Below are positions 40,627-52,004 of a DNA stretch of 64,000 nucleotides, piece after piece. The stretch is taken from contig OZ219747.1 of the NCBI GenBank assembly GCA_964291265.2, positions 832,001-896,000 of the forward strand. Direction: 5' to 3'. This stretch comes from Alphaproteobacteria bacterium (GTDB lineage: Bacteria > Pseudomonadota > Alphaproteobacteria > SP197). The notes under the pieces were generated by a model, which saw only the letters and a list, made by a program, of their open reading frames with translations, searched no databases and was not told the origin of the DNA. Positions within the stretch are counted from its first letter, which is position 1; the number at the start of each line of letters is the position of its first letter. A program made the translations under genes and the position numbers.

Positions 40627-41640
40627 CTACAGGTGGTGGCGACGGTCGAGTTCCTCGGCGACCTGCACGGCGTTGAGTGCTGCGCCCTTGCGCAGGTTGT
40701 CGGAGACCACCCACATCGAAAGGCCGTTTTCCACGGTCGGGTCCTTGCGGATGCGGCTGACGTAGACGGCATCCTCGCCGGCGCACTCGCGCGGTGTCAT
40801 GTAACCACCCGGTTCACGGTCGTCGACGACAAGGACACCGTCGGCCTCGCGCAGTTGCTCGCGGGCCTCGTCCTCGTCGAGCGGCCCGGCAAATTCGACG
40901 TTGAGCGCCTCGGCGTGACCGATGAACACCGGCACGCGCACGCAGGTGGCATGGACCCTGATGGCGGGATCGAGAATCTTCGCGGTCTCGGCCGCCATCT
41001 TCCATTCCTCCCTGGTCGAGCCATCCTCCATGAAGGAGTCGATGTGGGGGATGCAGTTGAAGGCGATATCCTTCTGGAACACTTCCGGGGCGTGAGGTTC
41101 GTTCCAGTACCGCTTCCTGGTCTGCTCGTAGAGCTCGTCCATGCCCTTCTTTCCGGCGCCGCCCGTGGCCTGGTAGGTGGAGACGACGATGCGCCGGATG
41201 GGGACGAGGTCGTGCAGCGGCTTGAGGGCGACCACCATCTGGATCGTCGAGCAGTTCGGGTTGGCGACGATGTTGCGGCGCGACGCCATGTCCAGGTGAT
41301 GGGCGTTCACCTCCGGAACGACGAGCGGCACATCATCGTCGTAGCGGAAGCGCGACGTGTTGTCGATGACCATGGCGCCGGCTTCGGCGGCCCTTGGCGC
41401 ATGGCGCCCGGAGACCTCTGCCCCGGGCGAGAAGAGGGCGATGTTCCAGCTGTGGAAGTCGAAGGTCTCGAGATCCCGGCAGGTGAGCGTGGCATCACCG
41501 AAGGAGACATCCTTGCCCGCCGAACGGGACGAGGCCACCGCAGCCACCTCGTCGACCGGGAACTCCCGTTCGGCGAGCGTCTGCAGCATTTCGTGTCCGA
41601 CGGCGCCGGTGGCGCCGACGACGGCAACGCGGTAACCCAT
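40627..41640 (-). CDS. asd: Aspartate-semialdehyde dehydrogenase
   Basis: VGATGAVG, ANPNCSTIQM, ATCVRVPV, DNLRKGAALNAVQ. Confidence 0.97.
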   Translation of the reverse strand: MGYRVAVVGATGAVGHEMLQTLAEREFPVDEVAAVASSRSAGKDVSFGDATLTCRDLETFDFHSWNIALFSPGAEVSGRHAPRAAEAGAMVIDNTSRFRYDDDVPLVVPEVNAHHLDMASRRNIVANPNCSTIQMVVALKPLHDLVPIRRIVVSTYQATGGAGKKGMDELYEQTRKRYWNEPHAPEVFQKDIAFNCIPHIDSFMEDGSTREEWKMAAETAKILDPAIRVHATCVRVPVFIGHAEALNVEFAGPLDEDEAREQLREADGVLVVDDREPGGYMTPRECAGEDAVYVSRIRKDPTVENGLSMWVVSDNLRKGAALNAVQVAEELDRRHHL

Positions 41641-41643
41641 GAT

Positions 41644-42750
41644 TCAGGCCCGTTTCTCGATTTCCCGGACGAGAGCCCTCGCCATGGCGGTGGTCGTCAC
41701 CTGGCGGGCCCCGTCTTCCATGATATCGGCCGTTCTGAGGCCACTCTCCAGGACGGCTCCGATGGATGCCTCCACGAGGGCCGCTTCATCCTGCAAATCG
41801 AAACTGTAGCGCAACATCATGGCGAAACTCGAGAGCATGGCGAGCGGATTGGCCCGATGGGTGCCGGCAATGTCGGGGGCCGACCCGTGTACCGGCTCGT
41901 AGAGAGCCGGGATCCTGTCTCCGGAGCGGGCGCCCAGGGAGGCCGAAGGCAGCATGCCAAGCGAGCCTGTCAGCATGGCGGCGCAGTCCGACAGGATGTC
42001 GCCGAACATGTTGGTCGTGACCATGACGTCGAACTGGCGGGGGTCGCGGACAAGCTGCATGGCCGCATTGTCGGCCAGCATGTGGGTGAGTTCCACATCC
42101 GGATACTCCTCGGCCCCGAGGCTGGTCATCTCCTGGCGCCACAGCAGTGTCGACTCCAGGACATTGGACTTGTCGACGGAGCACACCCGGCCGTCGCGCT
42201 TGCGGGCGAGTTCGAAGGCCACGCGCCCGACGCGCAGGATCTCGTGAGTCGTGTAGACGAGGGTGTTGACGCCCCGGCGTTCGCCGCCGCCGGCATCCTC
42301 GATGCCGCGCGGCTCGCCGAAGTAGATGCCGCCGGTCAGTTCGCGCACGATCATGATGTCGAGGCCCGAGACGATGTCGGGCTTGAGCGACGAGGCGTGC
42401 GAGAGGGCAGGATAGACCACGGCAGGGCGCAGGTTGGCGAAGAGTCCCATCTCCTTGCGCAGGCCGAGGAGGGCCCGCTCGGGCCGCATGGCAAAGTCGA
42501 GGTCGTCCCAGCGCGGACCGCCGACGGCGCCGAAGAGAACGGCGTCAACCGATTGTGCCCGTTCAAGGGTGTCGTCGGTCAGCGGGGTGCCGTGGGCGTC
42601 AATGCTGGCGCCACCGACGAGGGCTTCCCCGATGTCGACGTTGAGACGGTTCTCCCTGTCGAACCAGTCGATCACGCGCCTCGTGGCATCCATGACCTCC
42701 GGTCCGATCCCGTCGCCGGGCAGAAGCAGCAATGACCGGTTTGCGGTCAT
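41644..42750 (-). CDS. leuB: 3-isopropylmalate dehydrogenase
   Basis: [39 protein letters not shown]. Confidence 0.97.
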   Translation of the reverse strand: MTANRSLLLLPGDGIGPEVMDATRRVIDWFDRENRLNVDIGEALVGGASIDAHGTPLTDDTLERAQSVDAVLFGAVGGPRWDDLDFAMRPERALLGLRKEMGLFANLRPAVVYPALSHASSLKPDIVSGLDIMIVRELTGGIYFGEPRGIEDAGGGERRGVNTLVYTTHEILRVGRVAFELARKRDGRVCSVDKSNVLESTLLWRQEMTSLGAEEYPDVELTHMLADNAAMQLVRDPRQFDVMVTTNMFGDILSDCAAMLTGSLGMLPSASLGARSGDRIPALYEPVHGSAPDIAGTHRANPLAMLSSFAMMLRYSFDLQDEAALVEASIGAVLESGLRTADIMEDGARQVTTTAMARALVREIEKRA

Positions 42751-42766
42751 CGTCCCCGCCTCCCGC

Positions 42767-43372
42767 CTAGAGCCATGGCTGCAGAGCGGCGCGGCGCTCC
42801 TCGAAGGCGGTGATCTCGACCTCCCTGGAAAGGCTGATGCCGATCGGATCGAGGCCGTTCAGGAGCCGGTGCCTGATCGACTCGTCGATGGAGAAGGCGA
42901 TCCGGCTGCCGTCGGGACGTGTCACCGTCTGGCTCTCGAGATCGACAGTCAGCCTCGCGTTGTGCCCGGCCCGGGCATCGTCCATCAGCCGCCGCATGTC
43001 CCCGTGCGGCATGGTGATGGCAAGGATGCCGTTGTTGACGCAGTTGCCGAAGAAGATCTCGGCGAAACTCGGGGCGATGACGCAGCGGATACCGAAGTCG
43101 AGGAGGGCCCAGGGCGCATGCTCGCGGCTCGATCCGCAGCCGAAATTGTCCTCCGTCACGAGAATGGATGCCTTGCGCCACGGTTCGCGGTTGAGGATGA
43201 ACTCCGGGCGTTCGCGGCCCTGCGCATCGTGGCGCATCTCGTCGAAGAGATGGCGGCCGAGTCCGGTCCTGCGGATGGTCTTGAGGTACTGCTTCGGGAT
43301 GATCTTGTCGGTGTCGACATTGATCATGGGCAACGGCGCGGCGATCCCGGTCAGCGTGGTGAACCGTTCCAT
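42767..43372 (-). CDS. leuD: 3-isopropylmalate dehydratase small subunit
   Basis: [28 protein letters not shown]. Confidence 0.97.
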   Translation of the reverse strand: MERFTTLTGIAAPLPMINVDTDKIIPKQYLKTIRRTGLGRHLFDEMRHDAQGRERPEFILNREPWRKASILVTEDNFGCGSSREHAPWALLDFGIRCVIAPSFAEIFFGNCVNNGILAITMPHGDMRRLMDDARAGHNARLTVDLESQTVTRPDGSRIAFSIDESIRHRLLNGLDPIGISLSREVEITAFEERRAALQPWL

Positions 43373-43376
43373 GGTC

Positions 43377-44786
43377 CTAGCCCCCGAACCTGCGGACATC
43401 GGTGAGCGTGCCGCGGACCGCGGCGGCGGCGGCCATGGCCGGACTGACCAGGTGGGTGCGTCCGCCGCGTCCCTGGCGACCCTCGAAATTGCGGTTGGAG
43501 GTGGAGGCGCAGCGTTCGCCGTCAAGCAGTCGGTCGGCGTTCATCGCCAGGCACATCGAACACCCGGCCTCGCGCCAGTCGAATCCTGCCTCCGTGAGGA
43601 GGCGGTCGATCCCCTCGTCTTCTGCCTGCCGCTTCACCAGTCCGGATCCCGGCACCACCATGGCATGCACGCCGTCAGCCACCCTGTGACCCTCCACGAC
43701 ATCGGCCACGGCGCGCAGGTCCTCGATGCGGCCATTGGTGCAGGAACCGATGAAGACCCGGTCGATCGGGATGTCCTGCAGCCGGGTTCCGGGCTCGAGA
43801 CCCATGTAGTCGAGGGAGCGCTCCATCGCCGCGCGCCGCTCGTCGTCCGTGACCTCTGCGGGATCGGGGACGACACCGGAGATCGGCAGGACATCCTCGG
43901 GGCTGGTTCCCCAGGTGACCTGCGGTTCGATGTCATCGGCCTGGATCACCACCTCCCGGTCGTAGGTGGCGCCCGGGTCCGACACCAGGGCCGCCCACCA
44001 GGCCACGGCCCGGTTCCAGTCGTCGCCCGCTGGCGAGAAGGGCTTTCCCTCGAGCCAGGCCATGGTCTTGTCGTCCGGCGCGATCAGGCCGGCGCGGGCC
44101 CCGGCCTCGATCGACATGTTGCACACCGTCATGCGTCCGGCCATCGAAAGGCCGCGGATCGCCGCACCGGCATACTCGATGACATGTCCGGTGCCACCGG
44201 CCGTGCCCACGGCACCGATGATTCCAAGGATGAGATCCTTGGCCGTGACTCCGGGGCCCGGCTCGCCCTCCACGGTGATGCGCATGTTGCGCGAACGCTT
44301 CTGGACCAGCGTCTGCGTGGCCAGGACATGCTCCACTTCCGAGGTGCCGATGCCGAACGCGAGAGCGCCGAAGGCGCCGTGGGTGGCGGTATGGCTGTCA
44401 CCACAGACGATCGTCATCCCGGGCTGGGTGAATCCCTGTTCGGGCCCGACGATGTGAACGATCCCCTGTCGCGGATCGTCCATCCCGAAGAGAACAATGC
44501 CGAAGCGCTCGCAGTTCTCCGCCAGGGTGTCGACCTGGATCCGGCTTTCCTCGTCGTCGATCCCCTGACTGCGGTCCGTTGTCGGCACGTTGTGGTCGGC
44601 AACGGCCAGCGTTGCCGCCGGCCGCCGGACCTGCCGGCCGTTCCGGCGCAATCCTTCAAAGGCCTGGGGGCTTGTCACCTCGTGGACGAGATGGCGGTCG
44701 ACATAGATGAGAGTCGTGCCGTCTCCCATGTCGGCGACAACATGGCTGTCCCAGATCTTGTCGTAGAGTGTCTTGGGTGCGTTCAT
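43377..44786 (-). CDS. leuC: 3-isopropylmalate dehydratase large subunit
   Basis: [44 protein letters not shown]. Confidence 0.97.
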   Translation of the reverse strand: MNAPKTLYDKIWDSHVVADMGDGTTLIYVDRHLVHEVTSPQAFEGLRRNGRQVRRPAATLAVADHNVPTTDRSQGIDDEESRIQVDTLAENCERFGIVLFGMDDPRQGIVHIVGPEQGFTQPGMTIVCGDSHTATHGAFGALAFGIGTSEVEHVLATQTLVQKRSRNMRITVEGEPGPGVTAKDLILGIIGAVGTAGGTGHVIEYAGAAIRGLSMAGRMTVCNMSIEAGARAGLIAPDDKTMAWLEGKPFSPAGDDWNRAVAWWAALVSDPGATYDREVVIQADDIEPQVTWGTSPEDVLPISGVVPDPAEVTDDERRAAMERSLDYMGLEPGTRLQDIPIDRVFIGSCTNGRIEDLRAVADVVEGHRVADGVHAMVVPGSGLVKRQAEDEGIDRLLTEAGFDWREAGCSMCLAMNADRLLDGERCASTSNRNFEGRQGRGGRTHLVSPAMAAAAAVRGTLTDVRRFGG

Positions 44787-44818
44787 GGTCGAAAGATGCC
44801 GTCTTCCGGCGCCAGGGG

Positions 44819-45205
44819 TCAGGACTTTCTGGCTGCCTTCGCCCTGTCGTCTCGCTTTTCGGGGATGCGCGCCGCCTTGCCGGTGCGTCCGCGCAGGTAG
44901 TAGAGCTTTGCCCGCCGCACGGCGCCGCGTCGCACGACGGTGATCGATGCGATGCGCTGAGAATAGAGCGGAAACACCTGCTCGACGCCCTCGCCGTAGG
45001 AGATCTTGCGAACCGTGAAGGAGGAGTTCAGACCGCGGTTCTTGCGCGCGATACACACACCTTCGTAGTTCTGGATGCGTTCGCGCGTCCCCTCGACCAC
45101 GCGCAGGGCGACCCGCACGGTATCCCCGGGCGCGAATTCGGGAATTTCCCTCGTCTCCAGAAGTTTCGCGATCTGCTCCTGTTCCATCGTCTCCAGAACG
45201 TTCAT
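44819..45205 (-). CDS. rplS: 50S ribosomal protein L19
   Basis: [32 protein letters not shown]. Confidence 0.97.
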   Translation of the reverse strand: MNVLETMEQEQIAKLLETREIPEFAPGDTVRVALRVVEGTRERIQNYEGVCIARKNRGLNSSFTVRKISYGEGVEQVFPLYSQRIASITVVRRGAVRRAKLYYLRGRTGKAARIPEKRDDRAKAARKS

Positions 45206-45951
45206 CCCTCTCGTCCTCCACTGGCCGGCGTCAGCCCTTGCTCTCTCGATGCCTGGTATCGGGACCAGAGGTCAGGCCTGCGCTCCCGGGTTGTCTGTTC
45301 AGCCTTGTCATGCCGCCACTGGCGCACCTTCTCGTGGTGCCCCGACAGCAGGACTTCCGGTACCGTGCGGCCTTCCCAGGTGCCGGGCCGCGTGTAGTGC
45401 GGATACTCCAGCAGGCCGGTCTCGAAACTCTCGTCAAGAAGCCCTTCGGGTGCGTGAACCACTCCCTCGAGGAGTCGCACGCAGGCGTCCACCAGCACGA
45501 TGGCTGCCGGCTCGCCGCCCGACAGGACATAGTCACCGATCGAAATCTCCTCGAGGCCGCGTGCCTGAACCACGCGCTCGTCCACCCCTTCGAAACGTCC
45601 GCAGACGACGACCAGGTGCCGCCGCCCGCAGAGCCGGCGCACGCGCCGCTGGGTCAGCGGCGTGCCGCGGGGCGTGAGAAGGATCCGTGTTTCGTCTTCA
45701 CCTCCAGTGGTCGTTGAGTCGATGGCGCGCGCCAGGACATCGGGGCGCATGACCATGCCGCTGCCGCCGCCGAAGGGCGCATCGTCGACGGAGCGGTTCT
45801 TACTACACGCATATTGGCGAATGTCTACTGTTTCAAGTGCCCACAGGCCCGAATTCAGCGCATGGCCCGGCAGGGACGCTCCCAGAGGACCGGGAAACAT
45901 CTCCGGAAACAGGGTGAGGATGGTGGCGGTCCATGGTGCGGCCACGGTCAC
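45202..45951 (-). CDS. trmD: tRNA (guanine-N1)-methyltransferase
   Basis: [38 protein letters not shown]. Confidence 0.97.
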   Translation of the reverse strand: MTVAAPWTATILTLFPEMFPGPLGASLPGHALNSGLWALETVDIRQYACSKNRSVDDAPFGGGSGMVMRPDVLARAIDSTTTGGEDETRILLTPRGTPLTQRRVRRLCGRRHLVVVCGRFEGVDERVVQARGLEEISIGDYVLSGGEPAAIVLVDACVRLLEGVVHAPEGLLDESFETGLLEYPHYTRPGTWEGRTVPEVLLSGHHEKVRQWRHDKAEQTTRERRPDLWSRYQASREQGLTPASGGREG

Positions 45952-46496
45952 CCCTCCCGTCTCGCGAGAATGCCGTCGGGCGGGTCGACGATGACTCGGC
46001 CGTGCTCGAGATCGACTACCGGAACATTGCTCTCGGTGAAGGGCACCAGGAAGTCGTTCCCGGGCGCCTCCCCACTGATTTCCATGGTGTCGCCGGCTCC
46101 CCAGTCATACATGGCGCGCACCTGGCCAAGTGGTGAGCCGTCGACATGGAAGGCGGCAAGGCCAATCAGGTCGTGGTGATAGAATTCGTTGGCGGAAACC
46201 TCCGGCATGCGCGAACGCGGAACGCAGAGACGGGTGCCTGAAAGGGCGGCAGCGGCCTGCCGGTCCGTGACTCCGTTGACGGCCACCACGAGGTGCCCAT
46301 GCCGGGGGTGCTCGAGGACGGTGAGATCAAGGGTGCGGCCACCGGGTTCCGCGTGCATCGGGTTGTAGCTGGCGATGGCAGCCGGGTCCTCGGCAAAGCA
46401 CGAAAGACGGACGGCGCCCCGAATCCCTTTCGGCGCGCCCATGACGGCCAGACAGACCCAGTCCGGGTGGATGTCAGGAGTCGTCCCCTTCCGCAT
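45948..46496 (-). CDS. rimM: Ribosome maturation factor RimM
   Basis: [23 protein letters not shown]; lies between rpsP and trmD. Confidence 0.93.
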   Translation of the reverse strand: MRKGTTPDIHPDWVCLAVMGAPKGIRGAVRLSCFAEDPAAIASYNPMHAEPGGRTLDLTVLEHPRHGHLVVAVNGVTDRQAAAALSGTRLCVPRSRMPEVSANEFYHHDLIGLAAFHVDGSPLGQVRAMYDWGAGDTMEISGEAPGNDFLVPFTESNVPVVDLEHGRVIVDPPDGILARREG

Positions 46497-46785
46497 CGTC
46501 CGTCACCTCGCTGCCGCCGCGGCGCTCCGGCATGGGAATGACATCGGCCTTGCCGAGAAAGACCGCGACCCGGTCCGTGGGCTTGGCGCCCTGTCCGAGC
46601 CAGTAGCGAATCCGGTCCTGATCCATGATGACGCGCTCGGGGTCATCGGCAGGCAGCAGCGGCCGATAGACGCCGACACGCTCGATGAAACGGCCATCGC
46701 GCGGTGAACGCGAATCGGCAACGACGATTCTGTACATGGGGCGCTTCTTGGCGCCGCCACGTGACAGGCGAATCTTCAGGGCCAT
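46474..46785 (-). CDS. rpsP: 30S ribosomal protein S16
   Basis: [29 protein letters not shown]. Confidence 0.97.
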   Translation of the reverse strand: MALKIRLSRGGAKKRPMYRIVVADSRSPRDGRFIERVGVYRPLLPADDPERVIMDQDRIRYWLGQGAKPTDRVAVFLGKADVIPMPERRGGSEVTDDAEGDDS

Positions 46786-47002
46786 GAACCAGAACCTCCG
46801 GGAGGCTGCATCGCGAACGAGGGACCGCAGGAGACGCCGCTGCCGGATCACCGACCGCCGTCATCAAGAGAGAAGGCGCTGAGGCGTCGGCGCCACTACG
46901 TAATGGCGACAGGCACGGTTGGCAAGTCCAGATTGATCTTTACGACTGCGGGAGGTCTGCCAGAATGGTGCAACGGGCCAATCAAGCAGGACACGGAACA
47001 TC

Positions 47003-47959
47003 ATGCCGGGTGAAGGATCGTTCAAGCCTTTCGATTCGGGGACTGTCCCGCGCTACCAGGAACCCGCGAGTTTCATGCGCGCCCGGCGTCACCCGGTCTC
47101 CCGTCGCATCGACATCGCCCTTGCGGGCGTGCCGTTCGACACCGGCCTCACCTTCCGTTCAGGCGCCCGCCACGGTCCGGCAGCGGTGCGCGAGGCGAGC
47201 CGGCTCATCCGGGCGGTCAATCCGGCGACCAGGGTGGCGCCCTTCGATCTCTGCAACATCGCCGATATCGGGGATGCGCCGACCCATCCCCTCAAGGTCG
47301 AGGAAAGCTGCGACATGATCCAGGCCTTCTTCGCCGGGATCCATGACGCCGGCGCCTGGCCCCTTTCCATCGGCGGCGATCACACGGTGCCGCTTCCCAT
47401 CCTGCGCGCCATTGCCCGTGACGAGCCGCTCGGCCTCTTCCACGTCGATGCCCATGCCGACACCTTCGACAGCTTCATGGGGACGAAGATCAATCACGCC
47501 ACCTTTGTCCGCCGCGCCGTCGAGGAAGGGTTGGTCGACCCGGCGCGGACTGTCCAGGTGGGCCTGCGGGGCACCCGTTATGGCGATGACGACATCGACT
47601 ACGGCAACGAGGTCGGCATGACCATGGTGCCGATGGACGAGTACGAGGCGATGGGGCGGGAGAGTTTCATCGACCTCGCCCGCAGCGTTCTTGGCGACGG
47701 ACCCTGCTACATGACCATCGATATCGATGGCCTTGATCCTCGGGACTGCCCGGGAACCGGGGTTCCGGAACCGGGCGGCATCTCCATGCGGGACATGCAG
47801 GTCATCCTGCGCAGCTTCACCGGGCTCAATGCCGTTGGCGGTGATGTCTGCGAGGTGTCCCCGCCTCACGACCCGATCGGCATGACCTTCGTCAATGTCG
47901 CCAACCTCATGTTCGAAATGGCATGCGTGATGGCCCGCAACAGGAAGAGGAGCCCATGA
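47003..47959 (+). CDS. Agmatinase/ureohydrolase family protein
   Basis: GGDHTV, DAHAD, DIDGLDP...PGTGVPEPGG. Confidence 0.9.
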   Translation: MPGEGSFKPFDSGTVPRYQEPASFMRARRHPVSRRIDIALAGVPFDTGLTFRSGARHGPAAVREASRLIRAVNPATRVAPFDLCNIADIGDAPTHPLKVEESCDMIQAFFAGIHDAGAWPLSIGGDHTVPLPILRAIARDEPLGLFHVDAHADTFDSFMGTKINHATFVRRAVEEGLVDPARTVQVGLRGTRYGDDDIDYGNEVGMTMVPMDEYEAMGRESFIDLARSVLGDGPCYMTIDIDGLDPRDCPGTGVPEPGGISMRDMQVILRSFTGLNAVGGDVCEVSPPHDPIGMTFVNVANLMFEMACVMARNRKRSP

Positions 47960-48693
47960 TGCAGGCATGGAATGTCGAAGGCCGCAGGATCGTCAACTGG
48001 AAGACCTGCGACTGGCAACCCTATCCCGGGCTTGACGGAGTCGAACCCGGTCTGTCCTGGTGCCCCATCCGCGCCAGGCCCGGAAGCGGCGACGGCTATT
48101 ATCTCCTGAAGGCCGAACCAGGCTGCGGCGCCGCGTTGCATCTCCACAGTGCCCGGGAAGAGTTCATCATGCTCGAGGGTGAACTCGTCGACGGCGATGG
48201 CACCGTGCTGCGGGAAGGCGACTGCGTGAGCTATGCGCCGGGAACCCGCCATCGCACCCGCTCGCCCGGGGGCTGCACCCTTCTTGCCGGCATCAAGGGC
48301 CCGATCTCCACGATCGAGGGAGATGATGAGCTGGAGACCATGCGCGAGGGCCGCACGATCGTGAACTGGCGCGACGGCGGCTTCGTGCCCTATCCCGCGT
48401 TGCCTGATGATTCCGATGCGATTCGGTGGCTGCCGGTGCGGGCGAAGGCCGAGACCGGGGAGGGGTTCTATCTTGTCAGGTTCGAACCCGGCGGCTGCTC
48501 GGCGCCGCACGAGCATACCGATTTCGAGGAATTTGCCATGCTCCAGGGAACCCTGACCGACTGCGACGGAACGACCTATGTCGAGGGCGACTGCATCAGC
48601 CTGCCTGCCGGAAGTTCGCACTCTTCCCGTTCGACCGATGGCTGCACCGTCGTGGACATGATCTCCGGCCCGTTGCGCCTACTCGAACAATAA
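47956..48693 (+). CDS. Tandem ChrR-like cupin domain protein
   Basis: Two homologous halves, each IVNW...PYP...YL...PG...HxH...EE...L.G.L.D.DG...GDC...H. Confidence 0.8.
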   Translation: MMQAWNVEGRRIVNWKTCDWQPYPGLDGVEPGLSWCPIRARPGSGDGYYLLKAEPGCGAALHLHSAREEFIMLEGELVDGDGTVLREGDCVSYAPGTRHRTRSPGGCTLLAGIKGPISTIEGDDELETMREGRTIVNWRDGGFVPYPALPDDSDAIRWLPVRAKAETGEGFYLVRFEPGGCSAPHEHTDFEEFAMLQGTLTDCDGTTYVEGDCISLPAGSSHSSRSTDGCTVVDMISGPLRLLEQ

Positions 48694-48731
48694 CCGGCTC
48701 CCGTTGTCATGGACCCGGTGACGAGGGCCTG

Positions 48732-49238
48732 ATGCCCCTGTTCCTGAAGCGCTACGTCCTCCTTGTCGAGGCGACAAGTCGTCGGGTCGGCGAGGCGGCG
48801 ATGTATCTTATCTTCGTCCTCATGGCCATTCTCCTCTATTCCGTGTTCTCCAAGGCCTTTCTCCTGCCGGCGCTGTGGACGCTCGAGATGGCGCAGTTCA
48901 CCATGGTCGCCTACTACATCCTCGGCGGACCCTACTCCATGCAGCGGGGCGAACACGTTCGCATGGACCTCCTCTATGCGACCTGGTCGCCGCGCGCGAG
49001 GGCGACGATCGATGTCGTCACCGTGCTGTTCCTGCTGTTCTACCTTGGCGTTCTCCTCTACGGCGGCATCAACAGCACGACCTACGCTCTCGTCGTGGGC
49101 GAGCGCAGCTACTCGGCCTGGGCGCCCTACATGGCTCCCATCAAGATCCTCATGTGCCTGGGTGTCGTGCTGATGATCCTGCAGGCCACGGCGGTCATGC
49201 TGCGCGACGTTGCCAGCGCCCGCGGAATCGAGTTCTGA
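48732..49238 (+). CDS. TRAP transporter small permease (DctQ)
   Basis: Four hydrophobic segments, HVRMDLLY. Confidence 0.88.
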   Translation: MPLFLKRYVLLVEATSRRVGEAAMYLIFVLMAILLYSVFSKAFLLPALWTLEMAQFTMVAYYILGGPYSMQRGEHVRMDLLYATWSPRARATIDVVTVLFLLFYLGVLLYGGINSTTYALVVGERSYSAWAPYMAPIKILMCLGVVLMILQATAVMLRDVASARGIEF

Positions 49239-50560
49239 TGGACTACGAACTCATCGCCGTCCTCATGTTCTCGAGCATGATGGTCATGCTGATGACGGGT
49301 CAGCGCGTCTTCGGCGCGATCGGGTTCGTGGCGGTCGCCGCGGCACTGGCGCTCTATGGCACGGGCGGCGGAGAGTTCGGCTTCTCCGCGGCGATGAAGC
49401 TGATGAAGTGGTATCCCCTCATCACGCTGCCACTCTTCATCTACATGGGGTTCATCCTCTCCGAGTCACGCCTTGCGGACGATCTCTATTCCATGTTCCA
49501 CGTGTGGATGGGACCGGTCAGGGGCGGTCTGGCCATCGGCACCATCCTCCTCATGGTGGTGATCTCGGCGATGAACGGACTGTCGGTGGCCGGCATGGCG
49601 ATCGGCGCCACCATTGCGTTGCCGGAGCTGCTGCGACGGTCCTATGACAAGATCATGGTGACCGGGGTCATCCAGGCGGGCTCGTCCCTGGGCATCCTGG
49701 TGCCGCCCAGTGTCGTCCTCGTGCTCTACGGCATGATCGCCCGGCAGCCGGTCGGCCAGCTGTGGCTGGCAGGCGCCGTGCCGGGGCTGATGATGGCGGC
49801 GCTCTTCATCATCTACATCGCCGTGCGCTGCCAGGCGCAGCCCCACCTCGGACCGCCCCTCGCCGCGAAGGACCGTCGGGTCAGGCTGACCGAGAAACTG
49901 CGCCTGCTGAGGGCCGGCATCCTGCCCTTCTTCATCTTCTTTTCGATGACGGGCCTCTTCCTCGCCGGCATCACCTCGCTGGTCGAGAGCTCGGCGGTCG
50001 GCGCCGTCACCACCACCATCGCCGCGTTGATTCGTGGCCGTCTGACACGCGAGGTCCTGCAGACGAGCCTGAAGAAGACCCTGGGCGTGTCCTGCATGTT
50101 CATGTGGATCATCATGGCGGCCCTGTGCTTCGGCGCCGTCTTCGATGGCCTCGGAGCGGTGCGGGCCATTGAGGGATTCTTCCTTGACCAGCTGGGACTG
50201 GGACCCTGGGAAGTCCTCATCCTCATGCAGCTGTCCTTCATCCTGATGGGGACCTTTCTCGACGACACCGCGATGCTGGTCATCGTCGCCCCGCTCTATG
50301 TGCCGCTGGTGCGGGCCCTGGGCTTCGATCTCATCTGGTACGGCGTGCTCTACACGATCACCTGCCAGATCGCCTACATGACGCCGCCCTTCGGCTACAA
50401 CCTGTTCCTCATGCGCGCCATGGCGCCGCCGGAGATCCGCCTCATCGACATCTATCGCTCGATCACCCCGTTCGTTCTCGTGATGATCCTGGCCCTGGCC
50501 CTCGTCATGGCCTTCCCGCAGGTCGCTCTCTGGCTGCCTGGCCAGGTCTACGGCAACTGA
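49238..50560 (+). CDS. TRAP transporter large permease (DctM)
   Basis: PLFIYMG, LGILVPPSVVLVLYG, TPPFGYNLF. Confidence 0.92.
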   Translation: MDYELIAVLMFSSMMVMLMTGQRVFGAIGFVAVAAALALYGTGGGEFGFSAAMKLMKWYPLITLPLFIYMGFILSESRLADDLYSMFHVWMGPVRGGLAIGTILLMVVISAMNGLSVAGMAIGATIALPELLRRSYDKIMVTGVIQAGSSLGILVPPSVVLVLYGMIARQPVGQLWLAGAVPGLMMAALFIIYIAVRCQAQPHLGPPLAAKDRRVRLTEKLRLLRAGILPFFIFFSMTGLFLAGITSLVESSAVGAVTTTIAALIRGRLTREVLQTSLKKTLGVSCMFMWIIMAALCFGAVFDGLGAVRAIEGFFLDQLGLGPWEVLILMQLSFILMGTFLDDTAMLVIVAPLYVPLVRALGFDLIWYGVLYTITCQIAYMTPPFGYNLFLMRAMAPPEIRLIDIYRSITPFVLVMILALALVMAFPQVALWLPGQVYGN

Positions 50561-50584
50561 CGGGCGCCGGGGCCAGCGCAACCG

Positions 50585-50784
50585 TCATGCCGGCGCCGAA
50601 GTCGACCTCGTGCTCGAACACGGCGACAGCGCCCCCGGGCCGAGGAGATCAGTCGCTCACTCTGCGCCCGGGTCGGCCGCGGTTTCCCTGTCGTCTGCCG
50701 GGAACTGAAGCAGGAGACGACCGCTATCCGGTGTCGCGAAGCATCGAGGCCATCAGTGTCCACCGCATGGCCACGCTCTTCTGA
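50585..50784 (+). pseudogene. C-terminal remnant of a second DUF4143-type protein
   Basis: AGAEVDLVLEHG / EEISRSLCARVGRGF / GDDRYPVSRSIEAI across frames. Confidence 0.5.
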
Positions 50785-50896
50785 ATGCCGCACGCCTCAT
50801 GCCAACTCCAGCGGTTGTTGATGCGCCGCCGCAGAGAATCGGGTACATCATTCCCCTTGAAAACCACGAACCCACCACAGACGGGGGATCTACATC

Positions 50897-51949
50897 ATGA
50901 CCAGATCGAGACGTTCCTTCCTCAAGACCGGCGCCACGGCGACGGTCGGCGCCGGCGCCGTTGCCCTTGCCGCACCCGCCGTGCATGGCCAGTCGATGAT
51001 TCGCTGGCGGCTCCAGACCTATGCGGGTCCGGCCCTGGCCGAACACGTGATCAAGCCTGCGGTCGACGCCTTCAACGAGGCCGCCAACGGCGAGATGGAG
51101 ATTGAGCTGTTCTTTGCAGACCAGCTTGTGCCTACGGGAGAACTCTTCCGCGCCATGCAGAACGGGACGATCGATGCGGTGCAGTCCGATGACGATTCCA
51201 TCGCCGCGCCCACCGACGTGTCGGTCTTCGGTGGCTATTTCCCGCTGGCGCTGCGTTACAGCCTCGATGTTCCGGTGCTGTTCAGTCAGTACGGTCTGGG
51301 CGAGATCTGGGATGAGGCCTATTCTGAGGTGGGCGGCGTCAAGTGGCTGTCCGCCGGGGCCTGGGATCCCTGCCATTTCGCTACCAAGGATCCGATCCAC
51401 TCCCTCGCGGACCTCGAGGGCAAGCGGGTCTTCACCTTCCCGACTGCCGGCCGCTTCCTGCAGAAGTTCGGTGTCGTTCCGGTCACCCTTCCCTGGGAGG
51501 ACATCGAGGTCGCGGTGCAGACCGGCGAACTTGACGGGGTCGCCTGGTCCGGCATCACCGAGGATTACACGGTGGGCTGGGCGGATGTGACCAACTACTT
51601 CCTCACCAACAACATTTCCGGGGCCTGGATCGGCCACTTCTTCGCCAACGAGGACCGCTGGAACGAGTTGCCGGACCATCTGAAGGCCATCTGGCGCCTT
51701 GCCATGGATTCGTCTCACTATTATCGCCAGTACTGGTACTGGGGCGGCGAGGCGCACCTCAGGACACAGGGCACCAAGATGTCACTGACCACCATTGCCG
51801 ATGACGAGTGGGCCCAGGTCGAGGCCGAGGCCGTCAAGTTCTGGGACGAGATTGCCGCGACCAGCGAGCGTGCTGCCCGCGTCGTCGGCATCTTCCGTCA
51901 GTACAACGAGGTCATGGCCCAGGCGGGCAAGCCGTACCGCTACAGCTGA
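50897..51949 (+). CDS. TRAP substrate-binding protein (DctP/TakP-like) with Tat signal
   Basis: SRRSFLK twin-arginine signal, WRLQTY, QTGELDG. Confidence 0.92.
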   Translation: MTRSRRSFLKTGATATVGAGAVALAAPAVHGQSMIRWRLQTYAGPALAEHVIKPAVDAFNEAANGEMEIELFFADQLVPTGELFRAMQNGTIDAVQSDDDSIAAPTDVSVFGGYFPLALRYSLDVPVLFSQYGLGEIWDEAYSEVGGVKWLSAGAWDPCHFATKDPIHSLADLEGKRVFTFPTAGRFLQKFGVVPVTLPWEDIEVAVQTGELDGVAWSGITEDYTVGWADVTNYFLTNNISGAWIGHFFANEDRWNELPDHLKAIWRLAMDSSHYYRQYWYWGGEAHLRTQGTKMSLTTIADDEWAQVEAEAVKFWDEIAATSERAARVVGIFRQYNEVMAQAGKPYRYS

Positions 51950-51963
51950 TCTGCGAACGGCAG

Positions 51964-52004
51964 GGCGCACACCCCTTGCGCTACAGGCTCAAGGGGTGTG
52001 CGCC
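51964..52004. terminator. Stem-loop downstream of the TRAP operon
   Basis: Perfect 15-bp inverted repeat GGCGCACACCCCTTG / CAAGGGGTGTGCGCC; no U-tract. Confidence 0.5.
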
